Shown here in pieces: positions 27,751-37,413 of a DNA stretch of 64,000 bases. The notes under the pieces are model-generated. The model did not search any database and was not told the origin of the DNA. It saw nothing but the letters and a program-made list of their open reading frames with translations. This stretch comes from Planctomycetota bacterium (lineage in GTDB: Bacteria; Planctomycetota; Planctomycetia; Pirellulales; Pirellulaceae): positions 4,470-68,469 of the forward strand of contig JBJONT010000049.1 in assembly GCA_046051705.1 (NCBI GenBank), written 5' to 3'. How positions within the stretch are numbered: the stretch's first letter is position 1; each line of letters opens with the position of its first letter. A program made the position numbers and the translations under genes.

Positions 27751-27787
27751 CCGCTCCAGCAGATCGACTCGATGAGGTTTCATTACT

Positions 27788-28222
27788 ATGCCATTAAAAA
27801 CCACGCGCGATGAAGAGCTGCCCGGTATCAACCTTACGAGTATGATCGACGTGCTTTTCCTGCTGATTATCTTCTTCATGGTCGGAACTCGATTCACCGA
27901 AGGAGAACATCAGATTGCCGTCAAGCTGCCGAAATCCAATTCCCCAGAGACAATGCTCGATCGCCCGTCGGCCAAGACAGTGAATCTGTTTCCCGACGGC
28001 ACGATTGAATTTGAAGGCAACCGCCTGACGAGCGAGCAGTTGACCGCAACCCTCGTTCCAATGGTCCGAAACTATCCGGATCTACAAGTCCGTTTCCGGC
28101 CTGATAGTGGAGTAGCGGTAGGGCAAGCAAGTGCTGTGATGGAAGCGATAAGTAAGTCGGGTGTTCAGGACATTCGCTGGGCAAGCGCCGCCGCTTCGAT
28201 GCCAAACGCGAGAATGCGATGA
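27788..28222 (+). CDS. exbD: ExbD/TolR family protein
   Basis: INLTSMIDVLFLLIIFFMV, with the conserved transmembrane Asp. Confidence 0.9.
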   Translation: MPLKTTRDEELPGINLTSMIDVLFLLIIFFMVGTRFTEGEHQIAVKLPKSNSPETMLDRPSAKTVNLFPDGTIEFEGNRLTSEQLTATLVPMVRNYPDLQVRFRPDSGVAVGQASAVMEAISKSGVQDIRWASAAASMPNARMR

Positions 28223-30057
28223 ACGAGCATCGTTGGGCAATGCTGCTTGGAGGTGTCTTCGCAGTCGTTGCTTTAAGCCTTATGGCGATGACATGGTCGC
28301 GCCTTGGGCAGTCGAAACTTCTTACGAAATGCGCCGCAGTCGCGCTGCTTGCTCACGTCTGGCTAATCCTTTATGCTTACAGTACGCGGCTTCCAGGGGG
28401 AGCCGGAGCTGCTCCCAATGCAACGAGTTCCCCTATGGGAATCCCTGCTCCGGCAAACATCCTCTGGTCTTCGGATCCTGAGGTTGAAGCTCAGGCCGAT
28501 TCGACTCCAAGTGTCGATAATTCCGGCGATCAAGCAGCAGGAGTCTCAACGCTCGCATTCGCTACACTGTCGGATCGCGATACGACCATCGCTGACGTAG
28601 ACCCTCCAGTTGCTCCCATTCCCGATGTGCTCGACGATTCCGAAATCCTTGCGCTGATGGAAGCCACTGAGGTACTCTCGATGGAAGCTGCACCAAGCGA
28701 TCTGCCGCAGGAACCATCCACCGAAGCTGCTGATTTAACTACCGACACCATCCCGAATGATTCTCCCTCGCTCGTTGCTTCGGCGGAGCTCTCTGTCGAA
28801 TCGACGAATAATGCAGTTCGTAATCCGCATACCACATTCGACATGCAGCGTGTCCCTGCGACTTACCGCATGCGGTTCAGCCCCGATCGAATGGCTTATA
28901 CATTACAACAGGGTGGCGATGACTCGACGGAATTTGCCGTCCGCAACGCATTGGCATACTTAGCCCGTACCCAACAACCCAATGGGTCTTGGCCCGTTGC
29001 TCAGGAACAGCCGTCGATTGGACGCTTCGCGCACACCGCGATGACTGGGCTTGCGGTCTTGGCATTTCTAGGTGCTGGCCATTCGCATCTCGACGGTGGC
29101 CCCTACGCGCAAAACATTCAGAGGGGACTCGATTTCTTGCGCTCTGAGCAATTTCCTTCGGGAGATTTATCAGGCAGACTTCAGATTGGACAAGACCCCA
29201 ACGTCCGCTTTTCAAGGATGTACAGCCACGCTATGGCTGGACTTGCGATCTCCGAAGCCTATGCCATCACTGCTGATCCAATGTTGCTTGATTCGGTTCA
29301 AGGTGGGGTAAGGTACACGCTCAACGCGATGAATCCTCGCACCGGGGGCTGGAGGTACGACTTCGCCACGGATGATCCGGGAGACACAAGCCAATTTGGT
29401 TGGCAGGCGATGCTGCTCAACAGTGCGCAGGGCAGTGGCGCAGTTCCGCTTCGCGGTCAGCATCGCGTCGCGTTGCAACGTTTTCTCGATTCAGTAACGA
29501 CAGGTACTTATGGTGGTCTCGCAGTCTATCGCAACGTCACACCTGATAGACGGGCAGCAGCATCTCAAGCCACTGCACCGATGACAGCCGAAGCCCTTGC
29601 GATTCGCGCGATGATGGATTTTCCCTTTTCGGCCCAAGCCCTTGGGGAATCCCAAAGCATGATCCTCAAACAACTACCCGGGGAATCTGAAGTCAACTTC
29701 TACTATTGGTACTACGCTACATTGGCTCTGTACCAATCGCGAGGACGCTTGGCTACGCAACAAGCCTACGGGCAAGTTGTCTCCAACTCGGATTCGCTAG
29801 CAGCGAATCGAGCTTGGGAAACTTGGAATGCTTCCTTGAAGTCAACTCTTCTTCGGACACAAGTCACATCTGGAATAAACGAAGGTTCTTGGGATCCAAA
29901 CTGTGTATGGGGACAATACGCAGGGCGAACCTACTCGACGGCTATCGGTTGTCTGTGTCTTGAGGTCTACTACCGCTATCTACCAGTGATTGAAGAAAGA
30001 GAAATCGCAAAAGCAGATGGGTCGAACAACCCGCAGAGCCTGAAGACGGAAAGGTAA
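28219..30057 (+). CDS. Membrane-anchored prenyltransferase/squalene-cyclase-repeat (alpha/alpha barrel) protein
   Basis: Two N-terminal TM segments, an acidic Pro-rich linker, QW-like repeats QQPNGSW, NPRTGGWRY and GINEGSWD, plus YYWYYATLAL and LEVYYRYLP. Confidence 0.8.
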   Translation: MNEHRWAMLLGGVFAVVALSLMAMTWSRLGQSKLLTKCAAVALLAHVWLILYAYSTRLPGGAGAAPNATSSPMGIPAPANILWSSDPEVEAQADSTPSVDNSGDQAAGVSTLAFATLSDRDTTIADVDPPVAPIPDVLDDSEILALMEATEVLSMEAAPSDLPQEPSTEAADLTTDTIPNDSPSLVASAELSVESTNNAVRNPHTTFDMQRVPATYRMRFSPDRMAYTLQQGGDDSTEFAVRNALAYLARTQQPNGSWPVAQEQPSIGRFAHTAMTGLAVLAFLGAGHSHLDGGPYAQNIQRGLDFLRSEQFPSGDLSGRLQIGQDPNVRFSRMYSHAMAGLAISEAYAITADPMLLDSVQGGVRYTLNAMNPRTGGWRYDFATDDPGDTSQFGWQAMLLNSAQGSGAVPLRGQHRVALQRFLDSVTTGTYGGLAVYRNVTPDRRAAASQATAPMTAEALAIRAMMDFPFSAQALGESQSMILKQLPGESEVNFYYWYYATLALYQSRGRLATQQAYGQVVSNSDSLAANRAWETWNASLKSTLLRTQVTSGINEGSWDPNCVWGQYAGRTYSTAIGCLCLEVYYRYLPVIEEREIAKADGSNNPQSLKTER

Positions 30058-30175
30058 CGCGAAACGGTAGAGATCGCGTAAAATTCGAATAAGGCTATAA
30101 AGGGCGAAACAACTCTGTTTCAATGCGCAATTTCTCGTCCCTTCCTGACATCGTGTCGCAGTCGCTCAGGAGGTT

Positions 30176-31906
30176 TTGATGATTGGGAGCCCCATGCAAG
30201 AAAATTTTCAAGGTGTCGCGGGAGGCGATCCGGTTCATGATAATACGAACCCGCGAAGATACCTCGGGATTCCCCAAAGCACTCTAATCGAACTTGCGAC
30301 AGTTATTGCGCTATTTGTATTCGGCTTTGTCGTGGCCTTTTGGCGTGTTGAGCGTACGGGAGAAGTCTGGCTCAATGATGGCTCCAGATATCTCAATAAT
30401 GGAGCGATGATATACGACTGGCTCAGTTCAGATCGATTGCTAGATCCATTCGGTTTTGCTGTCGAGAATTACGTCCAGTTCCCAGGGCACAGCATTCCTT
30501 ATCATCCACCCGGTTACGCTTTGATGCTCGCTGTTTGGTTCAAGGTGTTTGGATTGTCATACGTTTCCGCCAGAGCTTTCATTGCAGCTTGTTTGGGGAT
30601 GTGCCTATTGGCTTTTCGTCAAATCATCATTGAATTGAACGAAAGCCGGAAAACGGGATTCGTCAGCGCGCTGATCTTGGGTTCAATCCCTCAAGTCGTG
30701 ATCTGGTCGCGAACAAGTATGTCCGAGTTGCCAGGGATGGTTTTTATCCTATGGGGGACTTATTTCTTTCTCGTGAGTTTACGAGCAAGGAGCAGTAATG
30801 AACGAGCTCTCAATAGTGCACTTGCTATTGGCTTTGCGATGGTTGCGTTCATGTGCAGAATCTCCACGGCTGGAGTATTGCCCGCTTGGTACCTGCTTCT
30901 CTTAAGGAGTAAAGGGATCCGCAAGTCGATGACACTCGTTTACATCGTTCCTGCTATCGTTTATTTGGTTGCGGGTGTGTGTTGGATCAAGTTCGCTGGT
31001 CAATACTCCAAGAACGAGATGAGGACGTCCCTGCTCGATAATCTTATGGGATGTTTGACTTATGAGAACGTGGCTGTTTGGTGGGTAAATCTCCCGTCAA
31101 TGGTCTCGATATGGGTATTCGCATTGGCGTTGTTCGGGTGGGGGGCCAAGCACTTTTCAAATGCGGATCGCAAGCACTCCTGGTTCCTTTGGACTGCTTG
31201 GATTTGTTGTTACTACGTTTTTCAAGTGATTCAAAATCTACCTTTCGAAGCGAGGTATTTTATTTTTGCATTGCCTGGCGTGGTCGGGTTGATTGGCGTA
31301 TTGCTAAGTGGCGTTTCGTCAAATCGACGACTGTACTGGGGATTCTATGGATTGTCTTTTGCAACCGTGATTTTGAACCTTTGGACAAGTCAATTCCAGG
31401 CCCCGGGTTTAGTAGGTTACGATGCTGTTGCTCAAATGCTCGGTGATCGCTCGGAACGGGGTAACATCATGATTACCGCCTATGCCGATGCCGATCTAAT
31501 TTTTCGATTGCGATGTGAAAAATCAATGCACACCCTCAAGCGTCAGATCATCCGTGGAGATCGCGTCCTTGCGATTAGAAATCCGAAGTACTCTGGTGCA
31601 AAGACGACTATCCTCGCTAAAACCCATCAAGATGTTTACGAAGCTCTTAGCCAAGGTCGGGTCAGGTTTGTCGTTACCGAAGGACCATTGAGCGACGATG
31701 ACGGGACGATTCAAGAGCAAGAAGTGCAGTTGTGTCACCAAGCGTTAGTAGCGAACCCTCAAGATTACGAGCAGGTCGGGGTTCAAGTTCTGCGCATGGG
31801 ACGCCGCGAACGGTCAATTTATGTTTGGAAGTATCGAGGCGAATTGCTCGAAGGAAAAAGCACGTTACCTGTTGTTGTCCCAACGGCAAAACTTGAGATC
31901 AGGTAG
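30176..31906 (+). CDS. GT-C fold membrane glycosyltransferase (GT39/ArnT/PMT-like)
   Basis: About 11 TM segments, DGSRY loop, YHPPGYALMLA, MSELP and EARYFIFALP. Confidence 0.72.
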   Translation: MMIGSPMQENFQGVAGGDPVHDNTNPRRYLGIPQSTLIELATVIALFVFGFVVAFWRVERTGEVWLNDGSRYLNNGAMIYDWLSSDRLLDPFGFAVENYVQFPGHSIPYHPPGYALMLAVWFKVFGLSYVSARAFIAACLGMCLLAFRQIIIELNESRKTGFVSALILGSIPQVVIWSRTSMSELPGMVFILWGTYFFLVSLRARSSNERALNSALAIGFAMVAFMCRISTAGVLPAWYLLLLRSKGIRKSMTLVYIVPAIVYLVAGVCWIKFAGQYSKNEMRTSLLDNLMGCLTYENVAVWWVNLPSMVSIWVFALALFGWGAKHFSNADRKHSWFLWTAWICCYYVFQVIQNLPFEARYFIFALPGVVGLIGVLLSGVSSNRRLYWGFYGLSFATVILNLWTSQFQAPGLVGYDAVAQMLGDRSERGNIMITAYADADLIFRLRCEKSMHTLKRQIIRGDRVLAIRNPKYSGAKTTILAKTHQDVYEALSQGRVRFVVTEGPLSDDDGTIQEQEVQLCHQALVANPQDYEQVGVQVLRMGRRERSIYVWKYRGELLEGKSTLPVVVPTAKLEIR

Positions 31907-31936
31907 TGTCGCTTTACGATTCGTTCGTATGCAGGG

Positions 31937-32884
31937 TTAAACCTTGGTGTTGCTTGCGCCTCGGACACCTGCGAGGAAGTCGCTGTAGCAGCCGATGTAG
32001 TCTTCTGCATCGTAAGGGTCTGATGCTAAAACTTGTAACACTGCATCGCGACTGAAATTGTATTGAACGCCCCAAGTCATAGGAGGCACATGCAATCCCA
32101 CGGTACACGAATCCAGCAGGACGTCTGCTCTTGTTTTTCCATCGTCAACCATGACGCGGCAACTCCCATTCAAGCAAATCAAGAGTTGATGACATTGTTT
32201 GTGTGCGTGATTTCCGCGGAAGTGAATCTCGGGTACGTCCTGGATGGTGAACATTCGCCTCGGGAGAAACGGCAGTGACAAATCCAAGTCGACGACGGTC
32301 AGCGAACCGCGCTGGTCTGTGAAGTTTTTAAACCGATACAAGTAAGCATCCAACTCTTCCGTTAACGGAATTGAGGGTTTGTCTTGCCAGGGTTTCATCA
32401 AAATGTTGTCATGGAGTTGCGTTTCAGCAAATCGCACGATCCGACTAGGATTTCCAACAACAACCGCGTTCGCAGGGACCGAAACGTTGACCACGGATCC
32501 TGCACCGATCATGCAGTTTTCTCCTAGTACAATTCCGGGGAGAATCGTTGCATTTGCACCGATGGATGCCCCTCGTTTTACAGCCGTCTTTGAAAAAGCA
32601 GTGGGCTTTTCTTTGCTTCTCGGAAACGGGTCGTTGGTGAACGAAACATTCGGGCCGACGAATACTCGTTCCTCCAGATGAACTCCGTCCCAGAGTTGTA
32701 CCCCGCACTTAATCGTGCAATCATCACCGATGATGACGTCGTTCTCTACGAATACACCGTCACATAGATTGCAGTTCTTCCCAATTTTCGCACCTGGCAA
32801 GACATGCGCAAACGCCCAAATTCGAGTGTCGTCTCCGATGTTTTTCGATTCGCAAATCGCCTTTTCGTGAGCAAAGTAACCCAT
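31937..32884 (-). CDS. WxcM-like fusion: hexapeptide N-acetyltransferase plus FdtA-like 3,4-ketoisomerase
   Basis: N-half TRIWAFAHVLPGAKIG...FTNDPFPRS. C-half cupin DQRGSL, RGNHAHKQCHQ and VLASDPYDAEDYI. Confidence 0.88.
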   Translation of the reverse strand: MGYFAHEKAICESKNIGDDTRIWAFAHVLPGAKIGKNCNLCDGVFVENDVIIGDDCTIKCGVQLWDGVHLEERVFVGPNVSFTNDPFPRSKEKPTAFSKTAVKRGASIGANATILPGIVLGENCMIGAGSVVNVSVPANAVVVGNPSRIVRFAETQLHDNILMKPWQDKPSIPLTEELDAYLYRFKNFTDQRGSLTVVDLDLSLPFLPRRMFTIQDVPEIHFRGNHAHKQCHQLLICLNGSCRVMVDDGKTRADVLLDSCTVGLHVPPMTWGVQYNFSRDAVLQVLASDPYDAEDYIGCYSDFLAGVRGASNTKV

Positions 32885-32908
32885 AAATTTCGCTGTTCTG
32901 AAAACCTT

Positions 32909-33862
32909 CTATTGACTGATATTCGTTTTGTTCGGCGGGGATATCTCGACTCGATTCGCTACGATCGACAATGGTCGGCCCTTGGAGTTCTCGTACGCTC
33001 GCTGCACATATGTTCCGACTATTCCAAGTCCAAGCAGATTCGATGAACCGAAGAAGCAAACGGCGAGAAGGATAGCCATCGATGGATTGTACAAGGTTAT
33101 TCCCAAAAGCAAACAAACCACAGTGATAAGAGTGATCAAGGCGCAGAGTAGTACACCCAAGAATCCAGCGAGGAGCAGGAAGCGAATTGGCAGATCGGAA
33201 AATGCAAAAATGCTATCGAGGAAATAGTCGAGTTTCTTTTTAAAGGTCCAAGCCGAGACGCCATGTTTTCGTTTCGCTCGTTGGTAACCGATGAATTTCC
33301 GTCGGTATCCAACCCACATCAATTGTCCAATCAAACTCGACTTGGTTTCTCTGAAGCGAACAAGTTCGGATTTCACTTGTTGAGTGCAACCGAATATGTC
33401 TACACCTCCTCTCGGGATCTCAGGGAATAGCCATTTGCGGTAAATCGCCCAGTAAGTATTCGAGAACAGTTTGGATACTAAGGGATCCATGCGCGAATCA
33501 CGACTGCCCAAGACGATGTCAGCTTCGCCGCTTTCCACGGATTCGAAAATCTGTTTGACTAGTTCTGGGGGTTCTTGCAAGTCTGCTGACATCACTGCGA
33601 AGAAGTCCCCGGTGCTTTGTTCCATCCCGGTACGAATCGCCGCGAAGGATCCAAAGTTTCGCGAGTGCCGGATGACAAGCGATGAGAAGGGTTTCGAAGG
33701 CAAATGCGTTAGTAGGTACGACTCGCAATCATCTGGGCTGGCGTCTACCACAAAGGTGATTTGCAACGAGTTGCTTAGACTACCATAAAGATGTGAAAGT
33801 GCTTCGAGAAGGTCCGGTAGGTTTTCGATGTTTTTGTATACTGGAATGATTAGGGTTCGCAT
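32909..33862 (-). CDS. GT2 polyprenol-phosphate glycosyltransferase (GtrB/ArnC-like)
   Basis: IIPVYKN, VVDASPD, SRNFGSFAAI, MSADLQEPP and two C-terminal TM segments. Confidence 0.88.
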   Translation of the reverse strand: MRTLIIPVYKNIENLPDLLEALSHLYGSLSNSLQITFVVDASPDDCESYLLTHLPSKPFSSLVIRHSRNFGSFAAIRTGMEQSTGDFFAVMSADLQEPPELVKQIFESVESGEADIVLGSRDSRMDPLVSKLFSNTYWAIYRKWLFPEIPRGGVDIFGCTQQVKSELVRFRETKSSLIGQLMWVGYRRKFIGYQRAKRKHGVSAWTFKKKLDYFLDSIFAFSDLPIRFLLLAGFLGVLLCALITLITVVCLLLGITLYNPSMAILLAVCFFGSSNLLGLGIVGTYVQRAYENSKGRPLSIVANRVEISPPNKTNISQ

Positions 33863-33864
33863 TT

Positions 33865-34977
33865 TCACTTCCATCCATTGACGGTCGCAATAATGGTATC
33901 GATCTCCAGGTCCGTCATCGATGGGAAGCAAGGTAGCGTGATCACGGATCGACTTAATTCTTCTGTGTTATGCAGAAGCAAACCTCCAAGATGACGATGG
34001 GTGTTCAACAGTACCGGTTGCCGATAATCGGGAACCGGATAATGAACATCATGTGGAATCGCATGGGCTTTGAGATGCTCAATAAGCGAAGCTCTATCAT
34101 CGACCTGAAGGACGTAGAGATGCGCTACGTATGCTTCGCCGTCTACCGTGGGCTTCCGCTTGATTTTTGTGTTCACAATGCCTTCGTTTAAGCGTTGGGC
34201 GACGTAGCGTCGCTTGCGATTCCACTCGTCTAGATACGGAATTTTGAGTTTGAGAATACACGCTTGTATCTCATCAAGCCTTGAGTTCCTTCCACCTACT
34301 TCATTGACATGGTACTTCGGCTGCCAGCCGTACTGACGTATCGAGCGAATACGAGTAGCGAGCTTTTCATTGTCGGTACAAATCGCTCCCCCATCCCCCA
34401 TCGCTCCGAGGTTCTTCGTTGGGTAGAAACTAAAGCATGAAAGGTCGCCAAAACTCCCCGCCCTTTGATTGTCGAGAGTAGCGCCATGTCCTTGGGCACA
34501 GTCTTCGATCAAAGGAACCTGGTGCCTATCACATAGTTGTCGAATCTCTCGGATGTTTGCTAATCTACCGTAGAGATGTGTGAGAATCACAGCATCTATC
34601 TTTTGATTTCCGAACGACTCCGCAAGGTGATTTACGGACATCGTTCCGGTATCGATCTCAACGTCTATGTAGCACGGAGAAGCACCACAAGCGAGGATTG
34701 CTGAACTTGAGTAAAAACCGGCGTTCGCTACCGTGGCCACTCGATTTGTACTGGACATTCCAAGTGCTCGAAGTGAAATCTCTAAGGCATCTGTGCCATT
34801 TGCGACACCAATACAATTTGAGACGCCTGTATATGAAGCGAACTGCTCTTCAAATTCTTGCACGTGCCTTCCAAGAACAAACCATCCAGCTTGGATCAAC
34901 TCTCGGACTTGTTCCTGAATCGATTCGAGCAACTCCGGTTCAATGCGGTGGAGGTCATTGAGGCTCTTGGTTCTCAT
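33865..34977 (-). CDS. DegT/DnrJ/EryC1/StrS aminotransferase (FdtB-like)
   Basis: VANGTDAL, IEDCAQGHGA, SFYPTKNLGAMGDGG (PLP Lys) and NSRLDEIQA. Confidence 0.92.
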   Translation of the reverse strand: MRTKSLNDLHRIEPELLESIQEQVRELIQAGWFVLGRHVQEFEEQFASYTGVSNCIGVANGTDALEISLRALGMSSTNRVATVANAGFYSSSAILACGASPCYIDVEIDTGTMSVNHLAESFGNQKIDAVILTHLYGRLANIREIRQLCDRHQVPLIEDCAQGHGATLDNQRAGSFGDLSCFSFYPTKNLGAMGDGGAICTDNEKLATRIRSIRQYGWQPKYHVNEVGGRNSRLDEIQACILKLKIPYLDEWNRKRRYVAQRLNEGIVNTKIKRKPTVDGEAYVAHLYVLQVDDRASLIEHLKAHAIPHDVHYPVPDYRQPVLLNTHRHLGGLLLHNTEELSRSVITLPCFPSMTDLEIDTIIATVNGWK

Positions 34978-35190
34978 TCGCTGGGCAAGGTTTCGTAATG
35001 GATCGGCAAGCTCTCTCGATCACCTGATTCACCATAGAAATCAACCTTGAGCGGTTGCAGGTAAACTTAGCAAGACGGAAGAGGCGGGGGTACAGACTCG
35101 TGGATTCACGGCTGCATTCAGGAGTAGGGGGAGTATAACTACGAGGAGGATTCCATCAAGTCTTCTTAGGCTGACGTGGCGTGTACGAAG

Positions 35191-35709
35191 TTAGGGCGTG
35201 TCGCTTGGGATTGCTTGAAGAACACGCCGGGCGTCCTCACGCAGCCTCGCGACGACTTGTTGAAGTTCATCGCGGCGAGCCGCGTTTGCTTCGGTTGCGC
35301 CTTGCTTGGTTTCCGCTTCGAGCAAGCGAGCAGATCGAAGCATCGCTTCAGCAGCTCGGTAAACGCGTTGCTTGGATTTCTTCGATCGAATGGTACTGCG
35401 AGGTTCGCTTGGGGAAATTGATCCAACTGTCGCATCTTTTCCATCTATTAGGCTTGGCAAGCTCCCTGCGCGGTTTTTGATTTCCTGAAACAACGGATCA
35501 TCTTGAATCGTCGACGATCCGCCATTGGGTGACTTTTCCTGCACTGGACTCGATGGGATTTTGGAAGGTGGTAGTTCGCTGACTGGTAGTTCGTTTGCCG
35601 GTAGTCCGCTGGCAGGTGGTTGACTGGAGTGCAATACAGCACCCCAGCTTGCGAGCCCAATACACACCGCAGCCATGCTTGCGACAACCAACGACGACCG
35701 ATTCAACAT
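35191..35709 (-). CDS. Hypothetical exported protein
   Basis: Likely start MLNRSS at 35709, signal-like segment, Pro/Ser repeats (LPANELPVSELPPS) and a helical C-terminus. Confidence 0.55.
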   Translation of the reverse strand: MLNRSSLVVASMAAVCIGLASWGAVLHSSQPPASGLPANELPVSELPPSKIPSSPVQEKSPNGGSSTIQDDPLFQEIKNRAGSLPSLIDGKDATVGSISPSEPRSTIRSKKSKQRVYRAAEAMLRSARLLEAETKQGATEANAARRDELQQVVARLREDARRVLQAIPSDTP

Positions 35710-35715
35710 GTACAC

Positions 35716-35760
35716 CGGTAACAAGCTGTGCGGTAACAAGTTGTTCGGTAATCGGAATGG
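35716..35760. repeat. 15-bp tandem repeat (CGGTAACAAG core)
   Basis: Units at 35716, 35731 and 35746 (the third is degenerate). Confidence 0.65.
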
Positions 35761-35804
35761 ATTCGGGAGCAGCATAGATTCGATGTTAACTCATTTACAA
35801 GGGG

Positions 35805-36776
35805 CTAAGCTTGGGAGACGGCGAATGGCATCGGGGTGCCTTTCATCGCTGCGAGCAAATTGACCGCGGCCATCATCGACATCTGATTGCGAGCTTGCCA
35901 AGTCGCCGATCCGATATGTGGCAGGATCAAGCAATTCGGAAGATCGCGCAATGGGTGGTCGGCCGCGATAGGTTCGGGGGTCGTGACATCTAGACCGGCG
36001 GCGAAAAGCTGACCTTTGGCAAGCGCGTTGGCAAGTGCCATTTGATCGATGACCTCACCGCGAGCGGTGTTGACCAAAACTGCATTGGGTTTCATTTTCG
36101 CAAGTTCTTTTTCACCAATCAGATTCCGCGTTTGTTCCGTCAATGGACAATGCAGACTGATAACGTCGCTCGAGGCGAGCAGTTCATCGAGCTGTACGTG
36201 AGAGGCGTCTAAGTCTCGGCCAGCTTGTAGTTTCGCAGAGCGCGAAGTGTAGAGAATCCGCATTCCCCAGCCCCCGCGCATCCGCTTGGCGACCATGAGC
36301 CCAATGCGTCCCATGCCGATAATCCCAAGTGTCTTTCCTTCGAATTCTTGTCCCAGGAACATCATCGGTTCCCAGTTTCTCCACTGGTGTTTTTCGACGT
36401 TGTGGATCGCTGGTCGGAAACAGCGACCCGCTGCAAGGATCAATCCGATGGCGGTGTCTGCTGTAGCATTCGTCAATACACCAGGCGTATTTCCCACATG
36501 GACACCTCGCGCTTTGGCTGCCGCGACATCAATGTTGTTGTATCCGACCGCGAAATTCGCTATGCCTCGCAAATTCGGTCCAGCTGCATCGAGGAACTCA
36601 TCATCCACTCGGTCGCTGAGCATCGTCAGCACTCCCGAACATCCAGCGATGCGTTCGAGCAGCACGCTCCGAGGTGGTGGATCTTGGTCCGGCCACACTT
36701 CTACCTCAACATGTTCCTTCAGACGCTCAAGTCCCGGTTGCGGGATCTGCCTGGTTACAAATACCTTGCTCATCAT
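35805..36776 (-). CDS. D-2-hydroxyacid dehydrogenase (glyoxylate reductase/D-glycerate dehydrogenase)
   Basis: AVGYNNID, NTPGVLT, GIIGMGRIG, VNTARG, GLDVTTPEP and PHIGSAT. Confidence 0.9.
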   Translation of the reverse strand: MMSKVFVTRQIPQPGLERLKEHVEVEVWPDQDPPPRSVLLERIAGCSGVLTMLSDRVDDEFLDAAGPNLRGIANFAVGYNNIDVAAAKARGVHVGNTPGVLTNATADTAIGLILAAGRCFRPAIHNVEKHQWRNWEPMMFLGQEFEGKTLGIIGMGRIGLMVAKRMRGGWGMRILYTSRSAKLQAGRDLDASHVQLDELLASSDVISLHCPLTEQTRNLIGEKELAKMKPNAVLVNTARGEVIDQMALANALAKGQLFAAGLDVTTPEPIAADHPLRDLPNCLILPHIGSATWQARNQMSMMAAVNLLAAMKGTPMPFAVSQA

Positions 36777-36890
36777 TTCTAAATTCGATGGGGAATAAAC
36801 GATGGGAGTCACGGGTGACCGACTGCCTCATATTGCGTTATGATTATAGCAAATTCATGTCGCGAAAGTTTCCACCAACGATAATCCTCA

Positions 36891-37253
36891 ATGAGTACGA
36901 AATCCACTCCTTCTGCCGATCAGTTGATCGGTCAAAACACTGGCCGATATGCCGTGCGATTGTTCGCCGGATTGCGAGAAGGATTGGGAGAATCCGTGGT
37001 GTCCATCGAAGTACCGGTACCTTGTAGCGCACTGGACCTAAAACGCCGATTTGCGGAAGAACATCCTAAAATTGGGGGGTTGGTAATGGCAAGCCGCGTT
37101 GCGAGCGAATTGCAGTTTCTTGCCGATGAAGCGATCTTGCCATGTAGCACAGAGGTTACCTCCGATGAAAATCGCAATGAGAACCATTCTCCGATCGCTT
37201 CTGCCAAAAACGACCCAATAGTGGATTTGATCCCCCCGGTCTCCGGCGGCTAG
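36891..37253 (+). CDS. moaD: MoaD/ThiS sulfur-carrier protein
   Basis: VRLFAGLRE start of the fold and C-terminal PPVSGG. Confidence 0.8.
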   Translation: MSTKSTPSADQLIGQNTGRYAVRLFAGLREGLGESVVSIEVPVPCSALDLKRRFAEEHPKIGGLVMASRVASELQFLADEAILPCSTEVTSDENRNENHSPIASAKNDPIVDLIPPVSGG

Positions 37254-37319
37254 AATCCCCGTCGCGACCACTACTGGTCCGCATCGTTGTGTATTCCCAA
37301 TACCCTACCAACTTCTGCC

Positions 37320-37392
37320 CTTCACCTCTTCACTTCTTCGCTCTGAACTTTCAACTATCAACCATCAACTTTCAACTGTCCACTCTCCACAC
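37320..37392. repeat. 7-bp heptamer run (TCAACTN) preceded by an 8-bp repeat
   Basis: TGAACTT TCAACTA TCAACCA TCAACTT TCAACTG TCCACTC TCCACAC at 37344-37392. Confidence 0.65.
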
Positions 37393-37413
37393 TTAACTCT
37401 CAGCTTCCCAATC

